A stretch of DNA of 64,000 nucleotides from a virus (lineage: Duplodnaviria > Caudoviricetes). Below are positions 63,074-64,000 of the stretch, piece after piece; the stretch's first letter is position 1, and every line of letters starts with the position of its first letter. The position numbers and the translations under genes are program-made. The notes under the pieces were generated by a model. That model ran no database searches, was not told the origin of the DNA, and saw only the letters and a list, made by a program, of their open reading frames with translations. Where the stretch lies: the IMG/VR virus record IMGVR_UViG_2861736478_000001, positions 12,387 through 76,386 of that record. One strand, written 5' to 3'.

Positions 63074-64000
63074 TCATTCGGAACTGGAGCTACCCGTCTG
63101 GCTTCGCCGTTTCACGCTTACCCCCCAGCGCTTCCGGAGCCACTCGACGCTGGCGTAAAAAGTGACGACTCCCGGCAGGGCCCAGAAGATGCTACCCCAG
63201 CCCTGCTGAAGGAAGACGTTGACGGCGGCCAGGGCCATGAGGGGACCGAGCAGCCCCCAAGTCCGCCATTCGGATCTTAGGATCCAGCAGGCCAGGCGAT
63301 AAGAGCGAAATATACGAGGCTCGCCGGGGGCCAGCAGCGACGCCCGCAACGCCCACACATGGGAGAGTTGGCGAACCGCATACATGACCCGAGATCGGCG
63401 GTCAGCTTCGGCATCGGAGAGGTTTCGGAGCTCCGCCTGGAACTCCCGGCGGTAGCGGGTACGGTGCTGGCAAGGAAGTAGCAGCACATTCAACTCGATG
63501 AGAAGCCCCGCGATTCTGCTCGTCCGCTGGACTTGGAGTTTGGCGTCCAATTGTGCGGCGGTATCGAGGCAGGACATTATGCGTTGGGCTTCCTTGGTAG
63601 CCCTGCCCAGGTCGCGGGACCGGACGATGCCGTGGGAGCGGCCGATGCTGTGGAAGCGCTCTTGGTTGCGAGCGAGGTCGCGGGCGCGGGCGAGGTCGTG
63701 GGCGAGGGTGCGGGCGCGGGCAGGGTCGCGGGGCAGGACGGGGGGGCGGTCGAAGTAGGGGTCGCGGTTGCGGGCGAGGACGGGGTCGCGGGCGAGGTCG
63801 CGGGCGAGGTTGCGAGCGAGGTCGCGAGCGCGGGCGAGGACACGGGCGCGGACGTAGTCGTGGTTGTCTCTGAAGTCGCGGGCCCTGGCGCGGGCGAGGT
63901 AGAGAGCTAGATTGTTGGCGCGGGTACGCGCCTCATCGATGGCATTCTCACGGACACGAAAGAGTTCCTCGGTGGACTGAGTCCGTAGGCGGATTCTCAC
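63074..64000 (-). CDS. PadR-partner-like membrane protein with (A)RDL repeats, 5' truncated
   Basis: RARDLARNLARDLARD repeats, RYRREFQAEL, then WILRS..RTW..GPLM...VEWLRKRW. Confidence 0.7.
   Translation of the reverse strand: MRIRLRTQSTEELFRVRENAIDEARTRANNLALYLARARARDFRDNHDYVRARVLARARDLARNLARDLARDPVLARNRDPYFDRPPVLPRDPARARTLAHDLARARDLARNQERFHSIGRSHGIVRSRDLGRATKEAQRIMSCLDTAAQLDAKLQVQRTSRIAGLLIELNVLLLPCQHRTRYRREFQAELRNLSDAEADRRSRVMYAVRQLSHVWALRASLLAPGEPRIFRSYRLACWILRSEWRTWGLLGPLMALAAVNVFLQQGWGSIFWALPGVVTFYASVEWLRKRWGVSVKRRSQTGSSSSE

Noticed and set aside
63660-63900. GCGGGCGAGGTC tandem repeats as non-coding satellite
   Set aside because: Fully explained by the coding ARDL repeats on the minus strand.
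1-64000. tRNA, rRNA and IS elements
   Set aside because: No cloverleaf, rRNA-like or transposase sequence recognised by eye. A tRNAscan-SE or Infernal run would be needed to exclude divergent RNAs.

Overview
The whole window reads as one temperate, siphovirus-like phage or prophage of a very GC-rich actinomycete. The small-gene families resemble those of Streptosporangiales and Streptomyces prophages (inference). No host genes or att-flanked ends are visible. Layout: 1-7.7 kb is an accessory and regulatory block (2H phosphoesterase, XRE-TPR, XRE-DUF5753/DUF397, a secreted peptide with a TrmB-LuxR regulator). 7.7-8.8 kb is a divergent repressor/Cro-like switch. 8.8-22.3 kb holds early genes (YqaJ/RecT, SPFH, RNA ligase, RusA, WhiB, 3'-5' exonuclease, SLOG, a replication initiator with a 3-iteron/DnaA-box origin). 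22.5-31.3 kb holds morons plus a Cre-like recombinase flanked by two candidate recombination sites. 31.7-34.1 kb is a ParB / ABC-GNAT / ASCH module. 34.2-60.4 kb covers packaging, head and tail, and 61-63 kb lysis. The most unusual points are: (1) two complete tandem tape-measure paralogs and two complete tandem tail-tip paralogs served by one tail tube and one Dit; (2) a secreted peptide and TrmB-LuxR regulator abutting the immunity repressor, a candidate actinophage communication system; (3) a 22-bp dyad (CCGCAAGCGG-WW-CCGCTTGCGG) dispersed in at least 12 copies; (4) a MuF-kinase-ADP-ribosyltransferase fusion with a small acidic partner; (5) a perfect 13-8-13 lox-like site just after the Cre-like gene. 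The portal gene carries a 1-nt frameshift. All product calls come from motif recognition by eye; no database search was run.
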